Shown here piece after piece: positions 1 to 12,996 of a stretch of DNA of 64,000 nucleotides; positions within the stretch are counted from its first letter, which is position 1; the number at the start of each line of letters is the position of its first letter. The notes under the pieces were generated by a model. It was not told where the DNA came from and did no database searches. It saw nothing but the letters and a program-made list of their open reading frames with translations. The stretch covers positions 127,828 to 191,827 of the forward strand of contig JALMLS010000598.1 in assembly GCA_038496445.1 (NCBI GenBank), given 5' to 3'. The DNA is from Trichosphaerium sp. ATCC 40318. Lineage: Eukaryota; Protista; Tubulinea. The translations under genes and the position numbers were made by a program.

Positions 1-421
1 TGCGCTAGAGCCACAAGATGTTTTGTCTTCCTCCCAATATCGTCTTTTGTTAGTGTTCCTTGGTTAGTTGATAGAAGAAAGTAAACTGAGAGTGTTAGAA
101 CTTTAACGTTTTTTCCGTTCTAGAACCGTTTTGTGACAACAGGCTTTGGAATAAAGCGATGTGTTGAGTTACCAAGATGACTTCTAATAGATACACATAG
201 CGAGGTTGGAGATGTAGATTCTTTACACATTGCAGAGAATTAACCAAAATTAAGTAGAGCAAAACGTGCACAACCAAACAACGTTTATGTTTATTCTTTA
301 GTTAAACACTCAACTATGAGAACATCCTTGCATTGAACAAGGTGAACATGTTGATGTTGTTTGAGCTAGATCCATTTGACCAATATTCTGTATTTTAAGT
401 AAGTAGTAGAACATAATTAAA

Positions 422-1969
422 CTATTCACATGCCTTTGGATAGGAGGTAGTGTCAGAGAGGTACTTCAACGCGCTGCAATCTCCTTGTAGTATACCTTGA
501 CCAAATGCATTTACTATACCAGCTACAAAAGTTCTATAAGCAGTATAATCTGGGTGAGGCTCTGGATTTGTTCCACACACTTTTTCTAATATAGAATCAG
601 TCAAAAAAACTATCAGCCACAGAATAGCGAGATTTTTATAGAATGCTCTTATTGTTCTTGTCAAACTCTAAAACGTACCAACAGCAATGAGAAAAATATC
701 ATTCAAAAAATCAGCATGGCCCCTATGACAATTAGTGAGTGGTTCAGTTCATTGTGTAACATGCAAATCAAAAAACCAGCTTTGAAAAAAAAAATACGTT
801 TTACTGTACGAACCATTCAGTGGCATTGAAAGACCATACAGGACAATTTGCTGCGTTATAGAATCTAGGGAAATTTCTTCCAGCAGGTGCACATGCAGGG
901 AATAATTTTCCGTGCTCTGGTCCATAAGCTAGTATGTTTTAAATCACATGATATTCGTTTTTGTTGGCTTTTAATTAAGTACCTGTTCCGAGTACTAGCA
1001 TTGGTATGGTAAAGTTAACTTTGTTTGGTGGATGGATCACATAGTAAGGTAATATACCCCAAGGGTCATCGCCATCAACTGGATTCAATAAAATAGCAGC
1101 AAAGGCGTCATCGCACTTATCTTCTAAAAGACGAACAACCTGTTGGACATCACGTGAGAATCAAGAATCAAAGAAACCTCTTCACATAAAAACGTACCAT
1201 CTTTGCTCCTGCAGAGTGTCCGGTGATTGCGATACGTGAAAAGTCAGCTTTTACACCAAACTGTATTTTATCAATGAGTTGCTGGTTTAAGTTGTCTTTT
1301 GTCCATGAAACTACTTTTTCTGTGTTGAAAGCAACCTCATCAAAAGGAAGCGCTGGAAATGTCCATATACCAACCTTGAAAACAAAAAGAGTAAGAAGAC
1401 TGAAGGCACGACACAGATAAAAAAGGTAAAAAAAACCAATATAACGGAGAAATAGTTTTACTTTTTGTTAAATTCTCCATGAAATACAAGTCCTAGTGTA
1501 CGTACCAGTATAAAACCGTGAGATACAACTTGGTTGATGAACTGAGTGTAAAAATCTGATGGAATATCGCCAGCCTTGAGGTACAAACGTGAATACCAAC
1601 AAAAACAATTTGAATTCATAAAAAACTAGACTGACGTACAAGGCCTGGAATGAAGTACATTATGGCGTACTCGCCTGGTTCTGAAGGAGACCATACCCCA
1701 AGATTGTAAGGAAGACCCTAAGAATCACCTTGTATAAGTACTGACGTTTGAAAAAAGTCACGTGAGCGAACAGGCATTTATCTTTTTTCGGACTTACGTT
1801 TTTGTTCGAATCAATGGAAAATGTTGTTGTGCTTAAAGTGCCGGGCTGGAAAGGGTCTCCTGTGTACATATAGGTAGCCGATACTAATAAAACGCTCAGT
1901 ACTTCTTTTTTGACGATTACTAGGCGTACCTATCGCTAATAAAGCGAGAAAAAGGAGTACTCTGTTCAT
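422..1969 (-). CDS. Secreted chlorophyllase-like alpha/beta hydrolase (multi-exon)
   Basis: ATG at 1969 starts MNRVLLFLALLAI (signal-like). Spliced exons give Y.SFINQVVSHGFI, nucleophile elbow GHSAG, ILLNPVDGDDPW, MLVLGTG, CAPAGRNFPRFY and GHADFLN. Last exon is in ORF 422..664. Confidence 0.75.
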
Positions 1970-2141
1970 TCTCGATGTCTAGACAATAACACAACAGAAT
2001 ATTGTTGACCGACACTGATTTTGAAATACATGTGCTTTCGGCCTTTGAGGTACGTATTGGTGTTAGTTAAGATACTTGGGTAACTACAGTTCAGTTTGTG
2101 AACGATGGGTTTCAATACTGTAGATTGCTTTTTTTGTTTAT

Positions 2142-4197
2142 TTATTTTTTGGAAATCGAAACAGTTATGATTGTGTCTGGTTGTATACTCGCTATAGGCT
2201 GAACAAGGACTTTTGTTCCATGTTGCTTCCATGTAGCAGCTCCTTGAGGTGTCATAATAACAGTGAAACCGTTGGGGTAGTGGTACTCTAATACAAAACA
2301 AAATAAGAACTAGCAAGTAACAAAACAGTTTCGAGACAACTTGCCTGTGTTGACATAAATCTCTGTAGGTTCCTTGATTGTAATATCGACAGTGTATGTA
2401 AGCTTGAAATCGGCAGTTTCGGGATCAAAACTCATTGATTGAATACGTCCAGCAGTCGCTACAATGTGAAGAAAATTTAAAAAAAGCCAGAATAAACTTT
2501 TGGAAAGGGTGCTGCTACCTTGCGCGTATGTTCTACTAAGAGCCTTGACTTTATCAACCAATAGAGTTCCGGCATCATTATAAACACCGAAGTTGTATCC
2601 AGTAATCCGAATAAATGCTTTATACTCCCTTTTTTGATATAAGAAAACTGCTTACTTAAAAGCTGTGTGCTTACCACGCAATCCAGCTCTGTAAGTATTG
2701 ATCTGCTAATTTAGATACGTTATGAATATCTTCATTAGTATCAAGACCATACTCAGTGAGCATGCCTCCACACTGGAGCTTCTTAATGTCAGCCATACGT
2801 GCACTGAAGCCGCCTGTAAAACGAATCAGGGTTGTAATATTTATGAACTTATACAAGAAGTTAACGTACTGGCGTAGTCTAACTGTGGTGGTAAATACAA
2901 ATGATAACTTAATACACTTCTATTTTTATAAACGTCTCCACCAGGAACATTTTCGAATCCAACGCCAAAGTCATCCCATGTTACTGACTCAAAGAAAATT
3001 GAATGCTAAGTATTGTTACCAACTTCAAAAAGATGAATGAGCTCCTTTGTTTGGTACCCACGTACATCTTCATCAACAGATCGAATTGCTCTCTGAAGAT
3101 TCTCATACATAGGTGCAAGGTTCTTAGAATCAGCAATAGTGGGCACCATCAATGTTGGATCCAAGTAAATATCGCCAGCCCAAGGCTAATTTATTTTAGC
3201 GACGGGAAAAAAACAAGAAATTCTTGGGATTTTTCGTTTTACCTCGTTCATCAATTCGTATCCTACGACATACTTTGAAGATTTGTATAGTTTCGCTAAT
3301 GTCATCCAGTATGCTGCGAAAGCATCTTGTATACCGTCAACGTTTGAATAAAGAGACTGGTAAGCTGAACTCTGCTCTTCAGCAACTTGATAAGTCGCCC
3401 ACTGGTATTTATCACAATCTTTCTTGAATGGATGTCCAGTGGCGTTGTTGATAGGATAAGCGACATCAACTGGTTCTGGGAACTTGAAAGCACCTGGTCT
3501 TGAAACAGCAGCCCAATCTAAAGTAACATGAGATACACTAACCGTATGGATGAGGTAGTAACTTACCAGGAACGCCTTCTCCACAATACTTCTGAGATAA
3601 CCTAAGTAGCGTAAGTTTGTTCTTACAGTATGTGTTTGCCGTACAGATCTTGGTGAAAGTCCACAAGTGTGTAGATACCATGTGATGCCATATCATCAAC
3701 CAGTTTCTTCATTACCTCTAAGAGAGTTGAGAATTTTTTAACGAAAAAACAAAAAACATGAACAAACTTTTTATTCTTGTGACGTACGCAAATACGTTTG
3801 ATTGTACTGACCACGTGTTGGTTCAACGCCAGGCCACATCTAAAACATAATTTTAGCCATAATTAAGCAAAAGAAAGATTTTTTGATGCGTACTACTCCT
3901 AGTCTGACTATATTAAGACCCCAACTCTCTAGTTGTTCTAAATCTTTCTCTGCGAACGATGTGTATGCGTTGAACCTAAACAGTGCGTTTAACCGACTGT
4001 TAAAAGTAGAACAGATGAAGAGGAGAAATAACGCACTCGTTGACATCTGGGTGCCATGGGAAGCCTTTGTAGACTACATTTACTCCATGAAATATACGCT
4101 CACGTCCAAATTCATCAACAAGCTTTTGTGTTTCGGGAATGACTGAAATAAACGCGTACGAAGAACAAACAAAAAAGATAAGCGCAAGAACTTTCAT
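2142..4197 (-). CDS. Glycoside hydrolase family 5 endoglycoceramidase-like enzyme, secreted/lysosomal (multi-exon)
   Basis: Signal MKVLALIFFVCSSYA; DEFGRERIFHGVNVVYK; WGLNIVRLGV; GIYTLVDFHQD; acid/base VVGYELMNE; nucleophile LTEYG; C-terminal SRTYAQ..AGRIQSMSFDP..PTEIYV..HYPNG. Confidence 0.88.
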
Positions 4198-5760
4198 TCT
4201 TCTTTTATTTTTGCATTGAACTTTAATCACGTGACTGTTTTTGACTTTGATCACAACACGTGACCGAACACCATTTACTAGTGTTGTGATTCAAAATCCC
4301 TGGCAGGGTATTGTAAGCGACAACTCAAGCGAGATTCTTACTTTATTATGATTATTATAATTTAGTTGGACTTGGATGGTATTACTGAAAGGAACATACA
4401 GACGCGTTTTTAAACATTGCATGAATACCTGTAAGAGCTGTGATTCCATTGTCTGTAACTGTAGTATGGCTATTAGATAGTATGGAGCTTATTTTCATAA
4501 ATTTCAACGTGATGCGGTATCTTTGGCTGTGTATAAGCTCCATGGCAACAAAAAACACAATTTTCCAGTTTTAACAAATGTTGCACGTGCTTTCTAGTGC
4601 AACTGAACGCTTACTAGTTTTACATGGATGTCCTCTGGCCAAAAATTACTAGGACTTGCTCAGCGGATAAAGTAGATATTCGTCGTTTCATTTGTACATG
4701 TTTTATTGGCATATGGATTTGTTTTGTTCTGTCCCTTTCTTCACACCTTTTTGTCATTTGCGTGGTTGCCGCAACATAAGAGGATTGCAATTTGGAGCAA
4801 CTCTAGACTGTTTATGTACTAATCTATCCTACCAAGAATGTAGAGCGGTAGTCATCTTGGAGCAAACATCTAGTTGCTTGGAGTATTGACTTTGGCGTTA
4901 CCAGAGGTGAGCTTCTGCTGTCGTTCTAAACAGATGCCTTATCGGTTCAACCAGCAATCCTTTAGTGTCGAAGTGTTCATTACAGAATAGACAAGTTTTT
5001 TGTAGACATGAACGAACATATCATTCGAAAAAAGAAACATTCATTGACGAATTGTGTGGTTTTTTTTTCCATTTTTAGCAATGTAGTTTTATTTCAGTAT
5101 TAAGTAAAATACGCTCTACGGTTGTTGTTTGATTTGTGAGTTTTCTTTTTAGGAGGAAACTTGGTAGAAAACCAAGAATGCAAGTTGCATTGCCGACTTT
5201 TTGGCCGCAATTTTTTACCCTTCGTTCTCCATGTTTCGCCAAAGTATCTCCTTGTAAGTAACGTATTTTAGTGCACTGTGGACAATTTTCGTAAACAATG
5301 CGGCACGAGTTTTTTTTTTTTGTTAATCGGCCGAAAACAGCGGGTTGAGATATTTATTTTTATCAATTTTAGTTTTATACAAAAAAATCAAATCTAAACC
5401 AAAGATGAAGCTCTTGCTCATATTACTTTCGTGCTTTATAGGTAAGCTAGTATGATGATACAACTGTCGTACTTTTTGTGGTTATGCTCAGAAAGAACCT
5501 TTCTTGTTCACACAGTACCTATCGGATTTGAATCTAACTTTTCAACTATAGTACTCTCTTCAGCAGTTGAAGAAGACGAGTTTGATTGCTCTAAAGTGGA
5601 CTTTAGCGCCATTCTACGTAAATGCCAACCAGTCTTGGATAAAATAAATAATGAGAATACCCAATCATGCTTTTTTTGACCTTCATCAGTAGCATATTTG
5701 CAGTAACGAAGCCAAATGCGTGAACACCTGCAAGCGATTTGATACCTTACGTCAAGCCAA

Positions 5761-5846
5761 GAGTATATTATGTCTCTAGGATATGTTGTACGCTGTTTAG
5801 TCACGCTGGTGGCGGTATCAGTGTTATCAAAGAGATGTTGATCAAG
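5761..5846 (-). pseudogene. Relic of exon 1 of a third F-box/LRR copy
   Basis: gtacgctgtttagtcacgctggtggcggtatc..agagatgttgatcaag matches 9050-9125 and 12770-12840. Confidence 0.7.
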
Positions 5847-6094
5847 GTTGACCTGTGATTGAAAGTGATTAACATTACACGCACTACATGTAAACAGTCA
5901 ATAGTATACTGTCTTGGACAACTAATCAACCTATCACTCAATTTTTTCTCTGCACCACATTGCCACAACACAGAAGCAACTTGACTGTGTTTTATGGCAG
6001 GTTCAAAGAATCATTAAGTAATCAATCTGATTGAAAGTGGACATAAAAATTAGAATTCTACACAGTTCAAAGCACGTCTTCACACAAACACTCA

Positions 6095-7631
6095 ATGCAA
6101 CCTCAAAAACCCCGCAAATCCAATCCAATGAAAGGCCCACAGCCTAAAAAGGTACCAACTCACTTCAAAAGAGTAGACACTCGGTTGGATCTAACTCATC
6201 ACTCAGGTAAACCGAGAAGATAATACTCCTGTTCGCTTGATAGATTTGCCGCTGGAACTGCACGATATGATCATAAAAAAAGACTCAACTGGTCAAATCA
6301 ATCAGATATGGCCGGTGTTAAATAAGGGTATGGCGTGGTCAACACGTTATACTCATGCACTAGAGCGGGATGGGGCGTTTCAAACATTCCACAGAGACGG
6401 AAAGGTAAAAACGAAGCAAATTTTTTCCGGTGGGGTTTTGCATGGCGAGAGCAAGTCATGGTTCGAAAATGGACGACTCCAGTCACATACCACATGGAAT
6501 CTTGGCAAAAAACATGGTGAGAGCAAACAGTGGTTTGAAAACGGCCAACTCTTTGAGCAATGTAACTACACATACGGCCTTTTAACAGGAGCACACAATA
6601 CATGGTATGAAAACGGACAGCGAAACAGCACCTGCACATATACCAACGGAATGTTAAATGGAATATACCACCAACAATATGAAGAGTCAGGAACATCGCA
6701 GCTTTTGTGCAGCTATGTCAATGGCAAAAAAGATGGTGAGTGTAGTGAATGGCATGAAAATATGCAACTAAAGGAACAGTGTGAGTGGTTAGATGGTGTA
6801 CAGCACGGTGAACATAATGAATGGTATGATGATGGGAAAATAAAGTCGCAATCCAAATATGAGAATGGTAAAGAATATGGAGAGAGAAAACAGTGGCATA
6901 GCAATGGAAATCTGGAGCTTCATTTTAATTTTCAGGATAAAAGTGTGTCAATGTGGGAGTACAGCGGACAATTATGGATGAAACAAACTAAAGGCAGAAG
7001 AGTATTTTACCACTCGAATGGAAACATGCAGAAACTAGACAAAGCAAACGAGCACAGTGAGTGGTATGAGAATGGAAATTTGCGTCAGACAAATACGAAG
7101 AAGAATGGTAAAAATGAAGGGGATTACAAGAAGTTTTTTGAGAATGGTAAAGTGTCTATGCACTGTAATTATGCGGATGACAAACTCGAAGGGGAATACA
7201 GAAAGTGGCATGACAATGAATCGTTGGCTTTTCACTGCTTTTATAAGAATGGTAAAATCGAAGGGGAGTACAAGAAGTGGCATTCAAATGGTTCGATAGT
7301 TCTTCACTGCTTTTACAAGAAAGGTAAAATCGAAGGACAGTACAAGGAGTTTTATGAGAATGGTAAAGTGTCTATGCACTGTAATTATGTGGATGACAAA
7401 CTCGAAGGGGAATATAGAGAGTGGCATGACAATGGAGTGTTACGGATGCAGGCTAATTACAAAGACAGTAAACTTGAAGGAGTTGTCACAAAGTGGCGTG
7501 CTACTGGTGTTGTTTCCATGTGTAGTAGATATGTTAACAACCTCAAGGAAGGGCTATACAAAAATGTACCATCAACGGCTAAAAAGATTGAACAAACCGT
7601 TTATCAAAATGATAAGCCAGTAAATCAGTAG
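6095..7631 (+). CDS. F-box-like + MORN-variant (MORN_2/YwqK-like) repeat protein, copy 1
   Basis: Exon 6095-6151, GT-AG intron 6152-6206, long exon 6207-7631. F-box-like LIDLPLELHDMII..VLNK is followed by about 24-aa G..k.W(y/h)eNG repeats. The start may lie further upstream. Confidence 0.8.
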
Positions 7632-7705
7632 CCGAAAACTGTTATCAGCTCCTATTAACAAATCGTAGAATAATCCAATAAATCCTTTTTTTTTTGAGTG
7701 TAGTT

Positions 7706-9281
7706 TTATTCGACATACATGTTTTCCTCTGTCAATAAACTGTGTAAAAATTCCCCAAAGTAATCAACAACACGAGCATCAAAACGGCAAAATCGATTTA
7801 GTTTTGTTGAAGAAGGAAAAGCTATTTCTATTGCATGAAGACCTTTAACTGCATTAATACCGCTGTATGTCAAATGTTTACAATTACTAACGCCGATTGT
7901 ATGAACACCTGTAAGAGCTTTGATTCCTTTGTCTGTAACTGTAGTACCATCAAGGTTAATGGCATAAACTCCTTTGAGTGCTTTGATACCTTCATCTGTC
8001 ACTGCAGTGCGAGTAAGATCGATGGCGTGTACACCTTCGAGCGCTTTGATACCCTCATTAGTCACTGGTGTGTCTTTAAGGTCAATGATATGGACACCTG
8101 CAAGTAGTTTGATACCCTCATCTGTCACTGTTGTACCATCAAGGTAGATTGTATGAACACCTGCAAGTGTTTTGACACTTTCGTCTGTCACTGTAGTATG
8201 AGAGAGGTGGACGGTGTGAACTCCTTGAAGCAACTTGATACTGTTATCTGTTACTGAAGTGTAAGAAAGGTCAATGGTATGAACACCTACTAACGCTTTG
8301 ATGCTTTCATCTGTCACATTACATTCATAAACACAAATTGTATGAACACCTCCAAGTGTTTTGATACTTTCGTCTGTCACTTTGTCACAACATGCAAGGT
8401 TTATGTTATGTACACCCTTTAGTGCTTTGATTCCATCATCTGATACTGCTGTCATAGAGAGGTCAATCGTGTGTACGCCACTCAATGCCATGATACCTTC
8501 ATCTGTTATGTGTTTGCAACGGTGAAGACAAATAGAGTGAACTCCAGCAAGCGCTTTTAGATCATTATCATTGATAGCACTAGTTATGTCAAAATCTGCC
8601 ATTCTACGTCTAACAAAGTTTGTATCAATGTTACGACACCCAGATAACAATGAAAATAAAGTATTATTTTCTACGTTCATGACAACAAGAGTGTTGTTCA
8701 TGACACCTTTGTATTGTCGTATCTGTATGATATCTGGAATGTCATAAATGTAAATCTTTTTGTATCCAACAACTTGATGGATGATGTCAGCCATCAAATG
8801 ACACGATTGAGCAACACTGAACCTTGATTGTGCATCTGTATGATTTAGAATAGTTGCAATAACCTCTGGAGGAAAATCAATAATGTCAAGCACTTTGTTT
8901 GTCAAATGTTGTCTTCTATTTAGAACATTAGACAAACAAACTAAGATTAAGGGTGTGTAGCACGTACTCCTTCGTTTGCTTGGATTTTGGTAACTGTGCG
9001 TCCTCTGGCTCAAACTGTGCAACAGTTTCGGCATATTTTGGTACATTTATGTCTCTAGAATGTTCTGTACGCTGTTTAGTTACGCTGGTGGCAGTATCCG
9101 TGTTTCCAAAGAGATGTTGATCAAGCTCTTGTAAGAAGCGCTTGTTTGCAGCATTTACAATGTTTTCAAGTTGTTTTATGAACGTTTCATGCTGTTTTGC
9201 AGTAATTTTACTGAATTCGTCAGCATGCCTTTTGTGGTAGTATTTTATCGCTTGTTCAAGTGATACAACACAGAAATCCAT
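7706..9281 (-). CDS. F-box + leucine-rich repeat protein, copy 1 (two exons)
   Basis: Exon 1 9281-8968 (MDFCVVSLEQAIKYY..) joins in frame through intron 8967-8916 to exon 2. F-box IIDFPPEVIATILNHTDAQSRFSVAQSC; about 11-12 GVHxIxLxxTxVTDEGIKAL repeats. Confidence 0.85.
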
Positions 9282-9377
9282 GATTTGGTGATGTTTGTAA
9301 GTGGCTAGAAACAAGTACAAGTTAAGTTTGATGTTAAGTACACATGTGCCATAGAAGAAACTTTTAATCGGACCCAT

Positions 9378-9591
9378 GTTTTTTCCAAATTTTTCGAAAG
9401 ATTCGATACAAAAACCGAATGCTTATACCCACCAATGGATCACTATATGTGAACGAAGGTCGGGTTCTAGTTCCGAGCACAGCGAGGACCCGACCGTAAG
9501 TGAACCAGGCGCTGTCTAGTTTAGTGGACTGCCCTAGCTATGCATCTTTCTACACTTTCGAATTTTTGTTTTCGGAAAATTCGGAAAAAAC
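9378..9591. mobile_element. Small non-coding element with 22-bp imperfect inverted ends and an internal GC-rich hairpin
   Basis: 9378-9399 is the reverse complement of 9570-9591 (20/22). GGTCGGGTTCT (9458-9468) pairs with AGGACCCGACC (9485-9495). A degenerate copy of the core lies at about 13661-13760. Confidence 0.5.
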
Positions 9592-9672
9592 TATATCCCC
9601 CTTTTAATTGCTATTTCTTTTAGGTAAAGGGTATAGTAAAAAGAATGTACGACAACCAACTGTTGGTTTTTG

Positions 9673-11338
9673 ATGAGCACATTGTCACAACACAGAAGCA
9701 ACTTGACTGTGTTTTATGGTAAGTTCAAAGAATCATTAAGTAATCAATCTGATTGAAAGTGGACATAAAAATTAGAATTCTACACACTTCAAAGCACGTC
9801 TTCATACAAACACTCAATGCAACCTCAAAAATCCCGCAAATCCAATCCAATGAAAGGCCCACAGCCTAAAAAGGTACTGACTCTCACTTCGAAAGAGTAC
9901 AAAACTCGGTTGGATCTAATGCATCACTCAGGTAAACCAAGAAGGTAATACTCCTGTTCGCTTGATAGATATTCCTGTCGAACTGTTTGAGGAGATAACA
10001 ACACAAGATTTAACTGGTCAAATCAATCAGATATGGCCGGTGCTAAGTAAGTTCATGGCGGTTTCAACACGTTATAAATACGAAAACCTACAAAAGAATG
10101 GGGACTTTGTAACGTTTCACGAGAACGGACAAACAAAAACGAAGTCCCTTTATCAGAATGATAACTTGCTTAAACTTTTAAAGTGGTATCAGAACGGTCA
10201 ACAACAAAGTCAAGTTGAGTTTGAGAATGGCTTAAAACACGGAGTATACATGGGATGGCACGAAAACGGGCAATTGGCTGAACAGAGTAACTACGTGTCG
10301 GATGTTTTAAGAGGCGAGAGCAAGACCTGGTATGAAAACGGACAACTTAAGAAACATTGTACCTATGACTTAAACGGAGATGTATGTGGAGAGCTTAAAG
10401 GATGGTTTGAGAACGGACAACTGAAAGTTCACACTTTTTATGTTGATTATAAAGTGAAACAGCATACGGTGTGGTACGAAAACGGACTATTGCATCACCA
10501 ACACTTGCTGGGGAGCCTCAGACCACAAATAACGTTCTATTATGACAATGGCCAAATGGAGCGTCAGGTAAACTATATCGGCAGCAGCTTTACCAAAGAA
10601 GGAGAAAATAGGAGCTGGTACAGGAGTGGACAACCGAAGGAGTTTTGTCACTATATCAATGGTAAATTACACGGAGAGTTTACAACATGGTATCAAAATG
10701 GCCGTCGGTCTATCCATTGCTTCTACAATAATGACGAATATGAAGGTGAGTACAGGGAGTGGCATGAAAATGGAAACTTAAAGCAAGAATATACTTATGT
10801 CAACGGAATGTGGCACGGAGTAGTGAAATTTTGGTATGCTTCCGGATGTCTAGAAAACCAACTATCTTATGTCAATGATGTAAGACACGGAAGATGCGAG
10901 TACTGGTTTGAAAATGGCCAGAAAGAGGAGCAATTTACTATGATCAATGATAAAGTTGGTGGAAAGCTGGAGAAATGGTTCAAAAACGGTCAAATGAAGA
11001 CTCAAACCTCATATGTAAACGATGTTCAAGAAGGAGAGCATAGAGTATGGTATGAAAATGGGCGAGAACATATTCATGCTAATTACAAGAACGGCAATCT
11101 TGAGGGCGAATTTAAGGAGTGGCATTCAAATGGTCAAATGAAACAGCATTCCAATTATAAGGACGGCAAGTTTGAGGGAGAATACAAAGAATGGCACAGA
11201 AATGGTCAAGCACTGAAACTATGTACCTTAGTGGATGGCAAGATAGAAGGCAAGTTTGTGGTTTGGCATTCAGATGGTACTGAGCTCAAAGTTGGCACTT
11301 ATGTAAATGGTGAGTTTAAAGAAATGCTTATAGACTAA
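9673..11338 (+). CDS. F-box-like + MORN-variant repeat protein, copy 2
   Basis: The 5' exons and introns are near-identical to copy 1 (ATG at 9673 or 9817; last intron ends at 9931). LIDIPVELFEEI..VLSK is followed by WyeNG repeats to TAA at 11338. Confidence 0.8.
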
Positions 11339-11501
11339 ATGGCAACCAAATTCTCATGTACCACGCAACAATAAACAAGTACAATGATTTTCTGAAACCA
11401 ACATAGTTTAAGTCATAATGACAGTATTTATCACTCTTTCAGACAATCATTAGAATAAAGAATTTATTGAGAATTGTACTAAAAAAGTAGTAATATTACC
11501 G

Positions 11502-12996
11502 TTAGTAAATTAATCTTCCTAAAGAAAATTGCAAAAACAAGTTTGAGTAATCAACTGTATCAGCATTCAATTCCCAATGCACGATTGAGTGAGTACTCAA
11601 ATTATCTAAATCAATTGTATGCAGGCTTTCTAGTGCATTAATGCCTTTGGCAGTCAAATGGACACAATTACTAACACCAATTGTATGAACACCCATAAGC
11701 GCTTTAATCCCTTCATCTGTAACTGCAGTGCCAGCAAGGTTAATGGCATAAACACCTCCAAGTGCTTTGATACCTTCATCTGTTACTGCAGTACGAGAAA
11801 TATCAATAGCATGAACACCTACAAGAGCTTTGACACCTTCATCTGTCACTGATGTATTGCCAAGGTGAATGGTATGAACACCTGCAAGTGATTTAATACC
11901 TTCATCTGTCACTGATGTCCCATCAAGGTAGATAGTATGAACGCCTTTTAATACTTTAATACCTTCATCTGTGACGGGAGTGTCTGTGAGGTAGATGGCA
12001 TGAACGCCTGCTAGCAGCTTGACTCCTTTATTTGTAACTGAAGTTCCCTCAAGGTCAATAGTATGGACACCTGCAAGAGCTTTGATACCTTCATCTGTCA
12101 CATTTTTGCACTTGTGAAGTTTTATCTCATGAACACCCTTGAGTGCTTTGATTCCATCATCTGATACAAATGTCCCAGAAAGTTCTATTGTGTGAACGCC
12201 ACTCAATGCTGTTATACCTGTATCTGTCACATTTTTGCAAAGGTAAAGGCAAATGGAATGAACTCCAGCAAGTGCTTTTAGATCATTATCATTGATAACA
12301 CTACTTATATCAAAATCTGCCATTCTACGTCTACGAAAGTTTGTATCAATGTTACGACACCCAGATAACAATGAAAATAAAGTATTATTTTCTACGTTCA
12401 TGACAACAAGAGTGTTGTTCATGACACCTTTGTACTGTCGTATCTGTATGATATCTGGAATGTCATAAATGTAAATCTTTTTGTATCCAACCACTTGGTG
12501 GATAATGTCAGCCATCAAATGACACGATTGAGCAACATTGAACCTTGATTGTGCATCTGTATGATTTAGAATAGTTGCAATAACCTCTGGAGGAAAATCA
12601 ATAATGTCAAGCACTTTGTTTGTCAAATATTGTCTTCTATTTTTAGTATTAGCTCACAAACTAAGATTATTTTGGTGCGTACTCTTTCATTTGCTTGGAT
12701 TTTGGTAACGGGATGTTCTCTCGTTTAGCTTGTGAGATAGTTTCGATATGTTTTGGTGCATCTATGTCTATAGAATGTATTGTACGCTGTTTAGTAGCAC
12801 TGGTGGCAGTATCCGTGTTTCCAAAGAGATGTTGATCAAGTTGTTGTATGAGGCGCTTGTTTGTCGTATTTACAATGTTTTTGAGTTGTTTTATGAACGT
12901 TTCATGCTGTTTTGCAGTAATTTTACTGAATTCGTCATCATGCCTCTTGTGGTAGTATTTTATCGCTTGTTCAAATGATACAACACGGAAATCCAT
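11502..12996 (-). CDS. F-box + leucine-rich repeat protein, copy 2 (two exons)
   Basis: ORFs 12667..13047 and 11502..12626 join through the same GA/GTACG..AATAG intron as copy 1. The F-box is near-identical; about 10-11 LRRs. Confidence 0.85.

Noticed and set aside
5405-5700. Small secreted gene (MKLLLILLSCFI...)
   Set aside because: I could not build a consistent spliced model; it runs into stops and the LRR exon relic.
6298-8107. Antisense and alternate-frame ORFs over the repeat genes (also 11658, 55219-56163, 61470)
   Set aside because: They are shadows of repetitive coding sequence.
8928-9377. Separate small ORFs upstream of the LRR genes (also 12667..13047 and 60797..61102)
   Set aside because: They splice in frame to the F-box exon and are exon 1.
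6237-11338. Bacterial YwqK toxin-antitoxin locus or contamination
   Set aside because: The genes have spliceosomal introns in their 5' leaders, F-box-like segments and eukaryotic neighbours. No toxin gene is seen.
7706-12626. Diversity-generating retroelement behind LRR variability
   Set aside because: No reverse transcriptase and no template repeat differing only at adenines.
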